A DNA stretch of 64,000 nucleotides from Callorhinchus milii. Taxonomy: Eukaryota. Under the pieces are notes generated by a model. The model was not told where the DNA came from and did not search any database. It was given only the letters and a program-made list of their open reading frames with translations. Both the position numbers and the translations under genes were made by a program. How positions within the stretch are numbered: position 1 is the stretch's first letter; every line of letters starts with the position of its first letter. Where the stretch lies: assembly GCF_018977255.1 (NCBI RefSeq), contig NW_024704742.1, positions 81,842,001 to 81,906,000 on the forward strand, given 5' to 3'. Shown piece after piece: positions 1 to 12,720 of this stretch.

Positions 1-110
1 GAATTCAGACTTAAATTAAGAATTTTCTTAAATTAATTTTCTGCAATTCTGCGCAATCTTAAATTTTAAGACAGAATTGTCTTTAACTTAAGACTAGGTG
101 ACATTTCAAT
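1..110. repeat. Fragment of an AT-rich dispersed repeat (probable non-autonomous DNA element), cut by the window start
   Basis: Shares AATTCTGnGCAAnCTTAAATTTTA...TAAGACTAGGTGAnATTT with 13130-13307 and, more loosely, with 59845-60021. Confidence 0.6.
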
Positions 111-1539
111 TCTGTAGCCTCTTTAGTGCCTTAGCGCTACATGATTATTGCAAAAATAAAAGGAGTCAGCAGTCACCTACTGGAGTTTTCTATCAAAGCA
201 CATTCATCCCTGCTAGGCGTTCACCTACAAAACACATAGTCACTTCCCTTTATAGCATGTGAGTGAAGAGCTTGGAGATATGCTCTGTTTGTGAAAGACA
301 CCTGATCAAATACAAGGATTATTATTATAATGTACTGTTTACTGTAGTGGATAAAATTTGTGGTGTACCTTAATGCTTGCCTCATTTTACACAGCACAAG
401 GAATGTGTTAACAAATAACTGCAGAATTATTCCTTAATTATGTTGACAGAGGCCTTCTCACTTTCTGGACTTTGAGCTCACCTGGGACTCATTTGTAGTG
501 TGGATAAACACAGTACCTGTAGCATTGGCAAACTAGAAAACTTTTAGTGCGATTCTCCTGGTGTTCTGGCCAACAGTCCCCAGATTAAAATAAATGGTCA
601 TTCACCCCATGTCTGTGGGATATTTCTGTGCACAAAATCACTGCCACATTTGCCTAAGTGCACAATCACAACAATTTATAGTAACAATAATCCTTGCACT
701 AAATATAGCTTTGGCACATTTCGATGACATGATAAGCAATATTTGATTGAAGGATTATCGTTATCAAATCACAAAATGATCGCTTGCTTTTTAGATCAAC
801 ATCTCTAACAAAACAATCTAATCGTAGGCATAATTGATTATATATGGCTTCCACACAGCTCCCTTTAGACATCTTCAATTGTTTTTGAGCTATCATGGTG
901 GCAAAAGGTGCAAACAGTGCGGAAAGCTGTGATGTATCACGATCAATATTAGAATGCCATCTATTGTGATTTCACCACGAGTGATATATTTTTTCAAAAA
1001 AGCAGAATAATAGATGGGTAGGAGTGATTACAAGAATTCAATAACCTCATCAAGGGGTTCAGATGAGATCATTAACAGCAAGCGAGAAACCAGGTCTTAC
1101 TGTAATTACTGAGTTACTGGAAAATTACTCTGCTCTATATATTATACATTTAAAGAAAAAATATATAAATTAATTCAATGTCTAATCAACTGCTGGATTC
1201 TTTCTCAAGGGCATCTGATTTTAAGTTGAAACAGGCAATTTTACTATGTATAACTCATTGTGCATCAATGTATTAATGATGGCAGGACCCAACAGATTAA
1301 ACAGTATCATATGAAATAGATTGCCTCCAAAACTAAATCCTACACATGTTGATACATGGTCAAAACATTGCACGGTACACACACCGATAGATGACATGAA
1401 GAAAAATTATTTTGTTGGTCAACCAAAAAGTTGCCGACCACTGCTGTAAAGCGTAGGGACCATTTTGTGGGCAAACATGGGAGACAAGTTAAGTACAGCA
1501 ATGTTGCGATTGCATATTTGGGGTGATGGGGACGCAGAG

Positions 1540-1790
1540 TTTTGGTGCGGGTGAGAATACAGTTGACAGAATTTTAAATCATTGGATTTTATGGATGGTA
1601 GTGCTTGGGAGCCCCATAAGGAGGGATTGGAAAAATTGAGGTGGGAGATGATGAATGGAAGTCGGAGAAAGCGGTTCAAGTCAGAGACCGGATGTGGGGT
1701 AGGCTGGGGGTGAGAAGATGTTGATAGGAGCCAAAATCCCAATAATGGGATTTCTAACGTCCATTTGGACAAGTCAGATGTCAGTTGAGG
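1540..1790 (-). mobile_element. Highly decayed L2 LINE fragment
   Basis: G-rich plus strand resembling the reverse complement of the L2 HWLP...FKIL region found in better-preserved copies here. Confidence 0.4.
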
Positions 1791-2789
1791 AAATTACGGG
1801 GCTTGTCTGTGATGTCCCCTGAGGTCAAATACCCTGCCAACAGGATCGGCTCACATATGAACAATGACAACTTCCTTGATTCATTGGAGAGCACTTGTAG
1901 TGGAACTGCACTCCAGGAGAAGGAAAAATAAATCAAAGGCCATAAGGACAGTGGAAAACTGCTGAAATTAGTATTTTAAAAATATAACAACTTGATGCTG
2001 AAAAAACATGCTGTTAGAAAATCTTGCTCACAGTGTTAATGTTGTATGGCGCATAAATGCTGAAGGAACATATTTTGGCGGTCCGTTCATCTATTTTGGT
2101 GTAATATAAGCTGTTACACTGGTCCAATATAGCCTCTTACTGTAATTAATCATTTGTTGTTCTATATAACATATATAGGTATAGAAAACATCATTGCACC
2201 TTATGTAGTTATGCAAATGCTTAAAAATAAAAGGATCCTAATTAACAAGGATGGCATTTTAAACATAAGAGCTTAGATTGCCCTTTGAGACAATAATGGT
2301 TATAAGGGGTTGCAATTATTGCTAGTGGTAAATTGAGACACACTGAGAAGTTATTCTGTGAATGCTAACATTGCAATTGAAAAGTAATAACACTGACATC
2401 ATAAGCTACGTGCAGTGGAGAATAAAGGTTCAAAAGGGAATCAACAAGAGAGAAGCACATTTCACAGAGGTTGAATTGTTTATTTTATTGAACCAGTCCA
2501 TAAAATATACGGGCACTTTCTTTTGAATTCAATCAATGTTGCCTATTTCACAAGGGCAAACCCGCACATGTGCTATGACTCTGAGGAAAAGTCAATTAAA
2601 TGCTAAATATGTCTCGATTGCCACAGGACTAAAGAAACGGCCTCATAAATCCAGGAGAAAAGAAATGCTCAAAGGTGCAGAGCACACCAAAGTGACTTGA
2701 TAGGCGATAGTGCAATGAGATTTGATTTCCACAGGCAGAGCTTTGCAGCGAGGAAGAGCCTGAAGGAATATTTAGAGGAACATGGAATG

Positions 2790-2939
2790 AAAGATAACTA
2801 TTTGGGGAGGACAAGTTTGCAGGTCTATGGGGAGAGAGTGGGGGAGTGGGATTGATTGGATGGCTCTTTTAAAAGAGCCAGCACAGACACGATGGGCCAA
2901 ATGGCCTCTTTTATGCTGTATAATTCTATGATTCTATGA
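2790..2939 (+). mobile_element. CR1 LINE 3' end
   Basis: CTATGGGGAGAGAGTGGGGGAGTGGG...GATGGGCCAAATGGCCTC...ATTCTATGATTCTATGA: CR1 terminal stem-loop and octamer tail. Confidence 0.8.
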
Positions 2940-3030
2940 AAGCTAAAGGGAGTAATTACCTTACTAACATCATTAGAACTATGGGGAAGTTTGTGACACA
3001 GAGAGAGAGGGGGTAAGAGAGACATGGGGG

Positions 3031-3690
3031 TAACAATAAGAACTTGCATTAAAATGGCGCCCTTCATGCGGGGTAGCACCTTGGAGCACTAACCCATGGC
3101 AGAGCTTGATGCCAAACTAGGGAGAGGGTGGAGGTGACCCAAAGCAAGGTCAAATAGGAAGGTCTTCATATATGATCTGAATGAGGAGGCAAGGCGGAGG
3201 GATTGAGTTCCATAGTTTCAGGGCATTGTGGCTGAAAGCACAGGAGCTGATGGTGGAGAGGTGGGGTGAGGGACAATCAGGAGGCAGGAGCCAGCTGAAC
3301 AGAGATGGTGGGGAGTGGAGAGGAAACATGTCAGAAAGGTAGAGAGGTGCCAGTGATTTGTAAACAAGTATGATCTTGAAGTTGATCTGTTTCATAATAG
3401 GGAACCAGTAGAGCTGAGCTAGGACTGGAGTGATAGGGGCATGGAGTTCAGTGCTGGTGAGTATCCAGGCGGCGGATTTTTGATTTAGTTGGGTTTTGTG
3501 GAAAGTGGAGCTAGGGAGACCATTGAGAAGGGCATTGGAATAATCAAGGTGGGAGGTGACAAATATGCAGTTGAGGGTTTTGCTTGCATTGGGCATGGTC
3601 AGAGGCGGCCAATGTGATGGAGGTGGAGGAAAGCGGTCCTGGTCAGGGACTGGATGTGGCGTAGTAAGGCAAGAGACAGGTCGATTCTTA
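3031..3690 (-). mobile_element. L2 LINE 3' fragment (ORF2 C-terminus, decayed)
   Basis: ORFs 3150-3596 and 3599-3784 contain HIQSLTRTAFLHLHHI, FVTSHLDYSNALL, ITPVLAQLYWFP, INFKI and LWNSIP; TTG-type tail. Confidence 0.9.
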
Positions 3691-4431
3691 GCCTTTTTTT
3701 GAATCTTGTTAAGAAGTGGGAGACAAGAGTGTGAAAAGCCTCCTCAAAAATAGGAACACAATTCAAGCCCTCTGCAGACTGCATGCAGAGGTTTTATAGA
3801 GAGTTACGAATGATTGACCTGAAAGAGGAAAACAGTCTTCTCTAGGGTACTTTTATCAATAGAGAAGATCTGAGATCTGAACAAGGTGTGACTTCAAGAA
3901 AGCCTATACTGTAGATTGGGAGTGAAACTATCAAAAGTGCTATTGATCACATAGCTGAGAAACATAAAGAAAATATATATCTGAGAAATTGAAAAAGACA
4001 TGATTTTATTGCCCCGACAGAAGAGCACTGACTACTGAGCTGAGTCCAAAAAAATAACGATTAAAGCATGAATGGAGAAGTGTTTATCCATTTTGCCTAA
4101 AAAAAATCATTAAACCCTGCAGTAAAATTCTGTGAAGCACTTTGAGATATCCTCCCGACGTGAAAGGCGTTACAATCTAATGGAAAGATTATTTATGATT
4201 AGCGATTAATTATTCCACACAGATTCCTTATTAAGTTCCAACTAACCATCATTTGTTTAGCTCATTTTTGATCATACTCATTTCAAACTCAATAAGATTT
4301 GCAGTATAGGACTTGGTCCAATGTCCAAATTATTACATTTTTTTTCTTTTCAATTAAAAATGTTTCCTTTGCTAATTATCCCATTGAAACCGTCTTCCAC
4401 CAGGCAAAAATATACTTGATGTAGAATGAAG

Positions 4432-4815
4432 AAAAATAATAACCCTTGCATTTGATGTAGCACTTTATCATATCATTGAGACATCTCAAAAGATATATTG
4501 TAAAATGGAGTGACTGTGTGTTTTGGGGGATAACACGGCAGCCAATTTGCACACAGCCATGTCGCACAAACAGTGATGGAGTGAGAACAATTTTATTTGA
4601 GGGATTGTTGACCAGGGCATCAGGATAAATGCTTTTTGAATGGTACCATGGGATCTTTAACGTTTATCTGAATAGGCAGACGAGATCTCGGTTTAACATC
4701 TCATCTAAAGGATAGAACCTCCAACAATGCAGCGCTCCTCCAGCAATGCAAAGGAGTGTCAGGCTGGACTATAGGGGTTCCAGTCTCAATGTGAGGCTTG
4801 AACCTATAATGACAG
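4432..4815 (-). mobile_element. DeuSINE (SacSINE1/EshSINE1-like, family A)
   Basis: The reverse complement has GAGCGCTGCATTGTTGGAG...GATGAGATGTTAAACCGAG...AAAGATCCCATGG...TTGGCTGCCGTG and an L2-like tail, matching the Deu domain as I recall it. Confidence 0.85.
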
Positions 4816-6115
4816 ACTGTGGCCTCGCCCTGTCACATCCAACAAGAAAACAAGTTGAGTGGAGGCAATGCTCATGGATGTAGGAACCTAAGGAGAAATA
4901 ATATATTGATTGCAGGAGCACTTGACATTAGGAAGTCTTTATTATCCACTGTATTTCCTTACAAGAAAAATTAGTCAGCAATTAGAAATGATTACTGCCA
5001 AATTCTTTGTTTTTGAACATAATTATACCAAAATGAATATTGAAGCCTCTAATAAAGCCATAATGGATGATCCAGTGAGCTCCATGCTAAAGCGGGGACA
5101 AGGAACTAATTGACTCACACTTTAATTGGCTCAAAATCTAGTGCTCCTGGTTAGAACTCACTAGATCATTCATTACAGCCATTAGCACACAGAGTCCATG
5201 CAGTCGTGCTTTCAACATTCAAAGCACGTTCTGGGAATACAAGACTTTAACTCGATTAATGTCCGTTCAACGGTCAATCAGATTGTGATTTTTCCCCCCC
5301 TTTCAGATTAATCTATCTGCTAATGAGCAGTATTATTGAGGATACATCATTAGCAGTTTTTCTGTCTTTTTCATTTTCTTTTCGGAGTCTCGACGGCACT
5401 TAGAACACTGCCCTTTCATTTGTAGATTTCAATTCCAACCCTGACAGATGGGATGAAGGTCTGCTCTCGGTGATGGGCATGAAGGATCCTGAATAAAATG
5501 AGTCTTGGGACTCTCAACTCAGTTTCTTGAGCATATCCAACTCCACAGTAACAAATTGGCTCTAATTCACTCAGGAAAGCCACATAGATTGGTAACTCAG
5601 CAAATGATAATGTGATACTGCTGCAGCAGGTGGTGCTCTTCAGAGATTGGGGTTAAGGCATCTTCTCAGAGCAGCTGAGACAATTTGAGAACAAAATCGA
5701 ACCCTCCCCCATTCACAAAAGCATTGAGAATCCACAAAAATTGAATTTTCAACAACCTTTTTTTTCCTTTAAAATACTGACTGTGAACAACAAATAGAAA
5801 ACATTTGTGCTTTTTTAGTACACACACACGCAAGAATTGTGCACAGCAACTGTGATTCTGCTCCACAGCCAAGGGTGGGCGTAACTGGAGAGCTTGGACA
5901 CTTCTTCAAAGCTGTGCCTCACAGCTATAAACTCATGAGCTTTGAATATGAAAGCATGTATTGTATCTCAAATCATCTCAGCTGTACAGTCTTCTCTGTA
6001 CTTTGTAAAAAGAGGTTGAAACAATGGAGTCTAAATGATACCGATCACCGAAAACAACAATCTTTTAATTTTCCATTATTAAAAGGAACTTATTTCCTTA
6101 TCTCTATTTTTTAGT

Positions 6116-6490
6116 TGTCAGCCTGACTCAGTCAGCAGCACTTTAGAAGGTTGTGAGTTCAAGCTCTACTTTGGGATTCGAAACTCACAGGAAGCTCTCA
6201 TACAGTGATGGTTTACCCTAAATTGTCAGAAGTGTCCTTTGGATGAGACTTTAAAACAAGACTCAGTCTACCTGGTCAATTGAACTATTCATGACACAAT
6301 TTGGAAAGAGAAGAGGGTTTCTCCCAGGGTCCTGGCCAACAATTTCTCATTTAAATTGGTCACTTTCTTCATAGCTGTTTGTGGGACATTGTTGTATGCA
6401 AGTTAACTGCAGCGTTCCCTTACAAATAAATAGTCATTCCACTACAGCGGTGCTTTGTGATGTGATAAGGCACAATATCAACATAATATT
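6116..6490 (+). mobile_element. DeuSINE family A, near full length
   Basis: tRNA-like head GTCAGCCTGACTCAG...AGAAGGTTGTGAGTTCAAG, Deu body, decayed tail. Confidence 0.8.
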
Positions 6491-6630
6491 AACATAGACC
6501 CAACAGCACAAATATTCAAAGATACTAAATTGGATGGGTTAAGGATTGAAAGAACTTTCTTTAAAAATCATTAATTTCTTTACAATTTTTATAAGAATAT
6601 TATAACCCAAATGAAATAAATCACCCCCAA

Positions 6631-6675
6631 AACACACACACACAAACAAACCACACGCACACATGCACACACACT
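6631..6675. repeat. (CA)n microsatellite
   Basis: Imperfect CA run. Confidence 0.85.
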
Positions 6676-7349
6676 TTCAGTCGATCTGAGTCGATTTTAT
6701 TTTGCCAACTGATCTTGTGTCAGGCCTTCAGAAAAGGGCACTTAAAAATGACTTGACAGTCATCCTGGTAAAAGTTATATCACAAAGCAGAAAATTACGG
6801 TGGTAATGGAAGATACGGACTTCATATTGCAAAGAATAAAATGACCAGGAGCGACTTGAGGTTCAACACTCTCTGAAGCCATGAGTGACATTCAGACATT
6901 TAATTCATTATCGTACTTCATAACACAATTTTTTATAAAACCATCTTACACCTTATCATACTGAAACACCTCCAAACACTTCACACAATGATTCTGTTTA
7001 AAGTATATGAGTACAATTTCCAATGTTCCTGCCTGTCAGCTTGCTCCTGCTGGTCACTCACTTCCCCTGTTAAGCTTACATTTATTTGTATTAAACTTCA
7101 TGTTTCAGCCAGTTATCAACCAATGTGAATACCCTGTCAAGCTTTATATTTTTTAAAAATCATAATTGGTTTCGGTTGTCCTCTCCTGCAATTGCTGACT
7201 TACTCGCTGTTACTGAACGATTGCTCATTTTAGCTGTCAGCTTGGCAGGCACTATATAGAATTTCATTCCACTATTCACATATGCATTTCTCTAATTCTG
7301 GAATGGAATATGTACTCTGTCCATGAGGAATGCATCCTGTTTACCTAAT

Positions 7350-7590
7350 GAACAATCCTTGCACTTGATATATAGCACCTTATCATGTCTCAAAGTGCTT
7401 CACAGGATATATTGTAAATTGATGTAGTTATGTGTAGTGTGTGGGTGAATACCATAGCCAGTGCCCCACAAACAACCATGGAGTGAGTAACCAATTTTAT
7501 TTGAGGGTTTATCATCCAGGACACTGGGAGAAACTCTCTTCTCTGCCAGAGAATTCCGTTGAGTATTGGTTCAGGACAGGACATGTTTTG
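7350..7590 (-). mobile_element. DeuSINE 3' half
   Basis: AATCCTTGCACTTGATATATAGCACC tail (reverse complement) followed by Deu body. Confidence 0.7.
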
Positions 7591-7759
7591 GAGTCACTTC
7601 TTTAATGCAATATCCAAGTCTCCATTTTCCATTTGCGAGTTAACTCAGTGAGTATTGGCAGGCTACTTGACTAAGAGTCCAAACCAGTCCTCGCTTAAGC
7701 ACTATGCACAACCCCTTCATAGGGATCCCTGGTAGCTCTTTCTCTTCATACTCATAGAG

Positions 7760-7868
7760 GCTTGAAGGGGTATAGGAATAAGGCAAACAGTGGGATTTAA
7801 TGAACACTGGGCTCTGAGACTCAATGAGCCAAACGTGCTGTAAAATCTATTGATTCTATGATTCTATA
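7760..7868 (+). mobile_element. CR1 3' end fragment
   Basis: Ends in ATTCTATGATTCTAT. Confidence 0.6.
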
Positions 7869-9329
7869 CCCAGTGGCAATGAAGTACAACTGCTATCCTG
7901 AGTGGCTCTCAAAATACCTGAATGCCATTCGATTACCTTTGTAGAAAACGAATGAGTGCGATGGAATTTTTGTTTTGTGTTTGTCACGGTGACAGTTTAA
8001 CTGAGTAATAATAAGGAAAATAATAATCCTTGCATTTCATGTAGCATCTTATCACATTGTTGAGACGTCTCAAAGTGCTTCACAGGATATACTGTGAGCA
8101 AAATGCGGCAGCCAGTTGTGAACAGTAATGGTTAATGAGCTTGTTTAGCGCAGACAACAGGTAAACCCCACAAAGTTGCAGTGCAAAAAGAAAAATGTAT
8201 TTTTCCAGCGTGCAAACAGAGAACAAAGGGCAACTTCTCTTGGCTTTCAGCCTGGAATGGGTAATTGTGGAAGGTGTTAACCCTTGAAACAGCAAACATT
8301 TGCCTTTCACAGAGAGAGTCAAGTCACTGCTGACAGAAAACAGGCTCAAAATAAAGAAAAAGCACACTCATAAATTTTGTGCCATATAGTATTAAAAATA
8401 ACACCTCTATCTGAGTGATCTCAAGGCTGTAATCTCATCTCAGGTTCAGATGACATTCATTAGCTACTCCAGCCTCTCTCTTGTGGTTTATTACGCTGAA
8501 CCCTGAATGAGATTAAAGCTTTGTAATCATTGCCAGGTGTCCACTAAATTCCATGTAACACGCTCGAACCATCTGCTGCTCTCTGTCTAACAGGTGGCAC
8601 AGCAACCCAGCTCGGAGTGAAGATAGTGTCAATTCCTGGGACCGAGAGCAACATGGCCTGGGGGGTGGGGGGAGTCTTTGAGCAGGTTAAATTCCAACAC
8701 AATAAATACAAATTTTACATCCACATATAACTATATATTACATTCACCGCAAGGCAATGGGTTGAGGAGAATATTTTGATTCTTATGTAATTTTTTTTCT
8801 CCTTTCATTTCCTTCCTCGCTCCATTCTGCTTCCCTGGATCATTTGATTCGTTTATTTCACGTGGCGGTGCAGTTGCAGAGGTACTAGTTACCAGGAGAG
8901 GTTGGAAGAATGTCTTCTCTCAGGCTGCTGTTGGGATATGGAATAATTTTGCCTGGCGGAACAAGGCTGACCCTGAGCCAGAGCCCAGGGGTGTGGGGGG
9001 AGGGGAGGAGGAGGTTGGGATGAGTCTGAACTTCTATGTGGAGGGGTGGAGAATGCAGTATGTGATGTGATAATTATCACAGGTTTGAAACTCTCCACCA
9101 TGTGAGGCCAATTCTCGCCAGCTACATTCTGCACTCCGATCGCACGGGCCGATGTGCCTGCAGAGTGTGATTTCCTCCCATGTTTCCTCTCTTCAATGCA
9201 CGGGATTGCTGGGCTCAGTCACAGGTAGGTCACTCTCAAGGTGCCCTGTGTGGGATGGGAGGGCATGGCCAATGAGCAGGGAGGAACTCTCAGTGTGTCC
9301 TCACCAAATCAAAGACTGGAAGAAGCTGC

Positions 9330-9485
9330 CAGGAAAAGGTGATAGCATCCAGGACACTGGACTGATTATAAAAAGCAGCTTGATGCTATGATGGAAGGAC
9401 GGTAAAATGGACGTTCTGCAGGAATGAGATTAGATTGGTCAAAAAGGGCCTTCTTTATCAAAACCAATCTTGTGATTTTATGATC
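9330..9485 (+). mobile_element. CR1-like LINE 3' end (CTTGTGAT-tail family)
   Basis: ATGAGATTAGATTGGTCAAAAAGGGCCTTCTTTATCAAAACCAATCTTGTGAT. Related ends at about 17985-18058 (+), 31415-31640 (-), 37240-37400 (+), 42123-42270 (-) and 62920-62980 (+). Confidence 0.7.
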
Positions 9486-9975
9486 GCCCACACAAGAGCA
9501 CACCCCGCAGGGGTCTGGGGTCAGCAATCAGGAACTGGTTTATTTCCCTCTCCCTACCCAGGGAGGCAACGAGAATTGTCAATCAATCTGCTCAAGTGTC
9601 AAAATAGCAATAGTGTGAAGTAATTCTTGCAGTTAATAAAGCACCTTCAAAATATCTTAGCACATTTTCCATAGTGCGTGCACTGCAGTTGAATCGTAAT
9701 TGCGGTTGGTCAACTCAGGATTGAAACTCGATTGGCAAGTTTACTGTCTGTATGGCTCAGTGTTGCTGTGGTGGGTACTTACACCAGCAGTGGATCTTCA
9801 TTTCTTTAAAAATTGGAGTTAGGCCAAAAGAAAGAGAATGTCAAAGAAGCAAATGATAATTAACATATACTTGCTGTGAAAGCTTCATTGTGTCTCTGGG
9901 AATCCAAGAAACAGAACAATATAGCAGAGAGAGGTATTTTCAATGTAATCTACTCACATATAAAGCTTATTATAT

Positions 9976-10292
9976 AATGATAATAATCCTTGCCTTTGAT
10001 GTAGCACTTTTCATGTCTTCTAGACATCTCAAAGTGCTTCACAGAATATACTGTAAAGTGAATTGACTAAATATTTGTGGGCGAAATGCGTGAGTCAATT
10101 GCTCACAGCAGTGTCCCACAAATAGTTGTGGATTGAAGTGACCAATTATATTATTGTTTGTTTTATTTCTTGAGGGATTATTAACAGACATGTGGAATAA
10201 GAAAACTTGCTGAAGGTTTTGCCCTGCCGGGAATTGAATCCAGGACTCTCGCTTGTGAGGCGAGTGCTCTAACCACTGAGCTACAAGGCTCC
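9976..10292 (-). mobile_element. tRNA-derived SINE family B (SINE2-1_CM-like), internally deleted
   Basis: The reverse complement starts GGAGCCTTGTAGCTCAGTGGTTAGAGCACTCGCC (A box), has a B-box-like GATTCAATTCC, the Deu 3' part and a (TTA)n tail. Confidence 0.9.
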
Positions 10293-10309
10293 ACCATTAG
10301 CTACAACCT

Positions 10310-10450
10310 ATTACAACAACAAGATTACATTTGTATAGCGCCTTTCACTTTGGGAGTACGTCCCAAGGCACTGGACAGAGTACAGCATTTCAGACCCAAG
10401 CTGGGGTCATCGGGGGAGAAGGGAGGCGAGGGGAAGAGGGGTGGTCAGTA
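10310..10450 (-). mobile_element. L2 3' terminal fragment
   Basis: (CAA)n, then ATTTGTATAGCGCCTTTCAC...CGTCCCAAGGCAC: reverse complement of the L2 terminal stem-loop. Confidence 0.8.
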
Positions 10451-10974
10451 GAGACGAGCCCACTGGCTTCATCAACAAAATCTTGCAATTATATAGCGCC
10501 CTTCAGGCAGTATAGTGTCTCAGAGCACTGTACAGTGGTAGGCATGCATGCTGCCAATAACACAAGTCATTATTCTGATGAGACCTATTCTGCTGACTGA
10601 GTAAGTGACTTAGTATCTCATAGTCAGTCAGGAGTGCTTGGCTTCATTTGGTTTCCATTACATTTGTATGGGTCTCTTGGAGCTCATTGATTGAGTCAGG
10701 CGAGAGATGTTTTCACTGTTGAACACAGCACAGCTGACAGCAGGAGGCCCTCATTACGATGAGTGAATCCAGCTCCTGAAGTCTGAGCCTGGAATTCCAA
10801 GGCTATTAAAACAATTAGTACTGACTCAAGAGCATGCCATTCAGGGGCACAGATGGACTCTCTCTGCCTCTCTTTCCTCTCTACTCTTTCAATTATTTAA
10901 AATATCTGAGAAATATGGAAGTCAGAAATTCATCTGGAATAAATAAAATACTGAACTAAATAAAACATCAGTTA

Positions 10975-11545
10975 TTCTTCTATCTTCCTTGGGGGGAAGG
11001 AAGTGGGGTCTCCTTGGAGCTGAACTGGCATGCATGGCAACGAAATGCCAGAATCGAGCAAGCCTCTGTGGCGGTCTCGGTAGTTTGGTTCCTGAGCCAG
11101 GCGGATTTGTGGTATTCCAAGCATTGCTGATGACAGCACAGTTCATTGGCAGGACCTGGAAGAGCAGACCATTCACGGGGGGCAGGGAATCATTTCGCTC
11201 AGCTCCTGTTAACCCTGAAACCGGTAGCGCTAACGGGTAGGGTGGTCCTAGCTGGACAAGCAGCGGGAAAGCTTGAGAATATCAATGGCAAGTTATGTGA
11301 TTTTAGTTGGGTAGACTCCAGCAAGTACCCCAATGCAAAACTCATGGGCCCCCCAAAATTGGCTCTTGCCAAACTGTGCCTAAAACGTTCCGGAATTAGG
11401 TAAGCAAGATGCATCCCACTAGGGAGAGGGTGTGCATTCCACTCCAATAATCTATCTCTGGGGTTTCCATGTGTGGGTGGGATTCATGGAATTCTTAGTT
11501 TTGTTTGGATACTCTTGCTGTATGTGTCAGATCACAGGCTGACAA
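10975..11545 (+). mobile_element. RTE/RTEX-like LINE, 5'-truncated copy (ORF C-terminus plus 3' UTR)
   Basis: Colinear with 22955-23580. Shared peptide ALLMTAQ...W.GR..TGG.ES..SAPVNP and an equivalent stop codon (TAG 11238-11240 vs 23236-23238). Confidence 0.85.
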
Positions 11546-11967
11546 TTTTTTTAAAAAAATTATTCTTATTATTGATACCATTTCGATTTTAACTGTCACT
11601 TTGTAAAAGATGTTTGAGATTCAGTCAGCTGAGTAAACAGACCTGTCAATCTTGCCTTGCCTGATGAGGTGTCACGATAATGATAGTTTAAAGTTACACT
11701 TGCAGTTAATAACACACCTTAACATGTCAAAATATCTCAATGTCCTTTCCACTGTTGACTACTTTGAAGTGTGGGGATTATTTTATATAGGCAAATGATC
11801 CACAAACAGAATGAGATGAACAACCAATTGATTTTGTTTTTTTGATGAATTTAGATGAGGGTGAAATGTTGGCAAGGACACCAACAGAGAACAACCAGCT
11901 CTTCTCTAAAGTAACATCCACTTTAACTTTAATGTTCACTTAAACCACCAGGACTGATAGGATCTGG

Positions 11968-12327
11968 GAGTCCAAAAGCGTAATGCTTAAAGCATTCGCC
12001 TCGCAAGCGAGAGGATCCGGCTTCATTTCCTGGGCAGGGCCTAACGTTAGGCAAGTTTCCTTACTCCACACACCTGTTTACCTAGCAGTAAGTAAAATTC
12101 CGGTTATTAGTCGATTGGCGAATCACGAAACTCTTCAAAAGTACTACATTTTTAAAAGTGATAATAATTTGATCACTGAATCCACGACTGGTTGTGTGCA
12201 ATTGGCTGCCGTGTTTCATCCACAAAATATCCAGTCAATTCACTTTATAGTATATTCTGTGAAGCACTTTGAGAACTCTCAATTGCATGAAAAGGCACTA
12301 CATCAAATGCAAGGATTATTATTATTG
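11968..12327 (+). mobile_element. SINE family B, full length, diverged
   Basis: Head with CCTCGCAAGCGAGAG, then GGCAAGTTTCCTTACTCCAC, Deu 3' part and GCAAGGATTATTATTATT tail. Confidence 0.9.
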
Positions 12328-12359
12328 GTTGACACCGAATACAAAGGTGCTACATTTCC

Positions 12360-12720
12360 AATGATAATAATAATAAGATATCTCAAAACACTTCTCAGAA
12401 TTTACTGTAAAGTGACTGTATTTTGTAGGCGAAAGTGGCAGCCAATTTCAACACAGCAGTGTCTCAAAACAATCAAGAAGTGAATCCAATTTTATATGGG
12501 GGATTATTAGGAATTATTGGGACAAACACCCTTTTTTTTTGAATAATGTCATGGGATCTTTGACATCCACCTGAACACGCAGACACCACATCCAAAGGTC
12601 GGCAACTTCAACAATGAAGTACAGCATTGGTGTTTCAGACTAGACTGTGACTTCAATGTAGGGTTTGAACCCTCAATCTTCTGATTAACAGAATGCTACC
12701 AAGTGACCCAGACTGACATT
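12360..12720 (-). mobile_element. DeuSINE family A
   Basis: Reverse-complement Deu body (CATGGGATCTTTGACATCCACCTGAAC) and tRNA-like head. Confidence 0.75.

Noticed and set aside
1..6. GAATTC at position 1 as a biological feature
   Set aside because: Most likely an EcoRI cloning end.
5427..5500. Peptide FNSNPDRW resembling the P450 PERF motif after an AG
   Set aside because: In-frame stop soon after, weak donor and no other P450 exons; better explained as non-coding.
8943..8975. Ig/TCR J-segment-like peptide IILPGGTRLTL
   Set aside because: Lacks the F/W-G-x-G motif, a recombination signal sequence and a splice donor.
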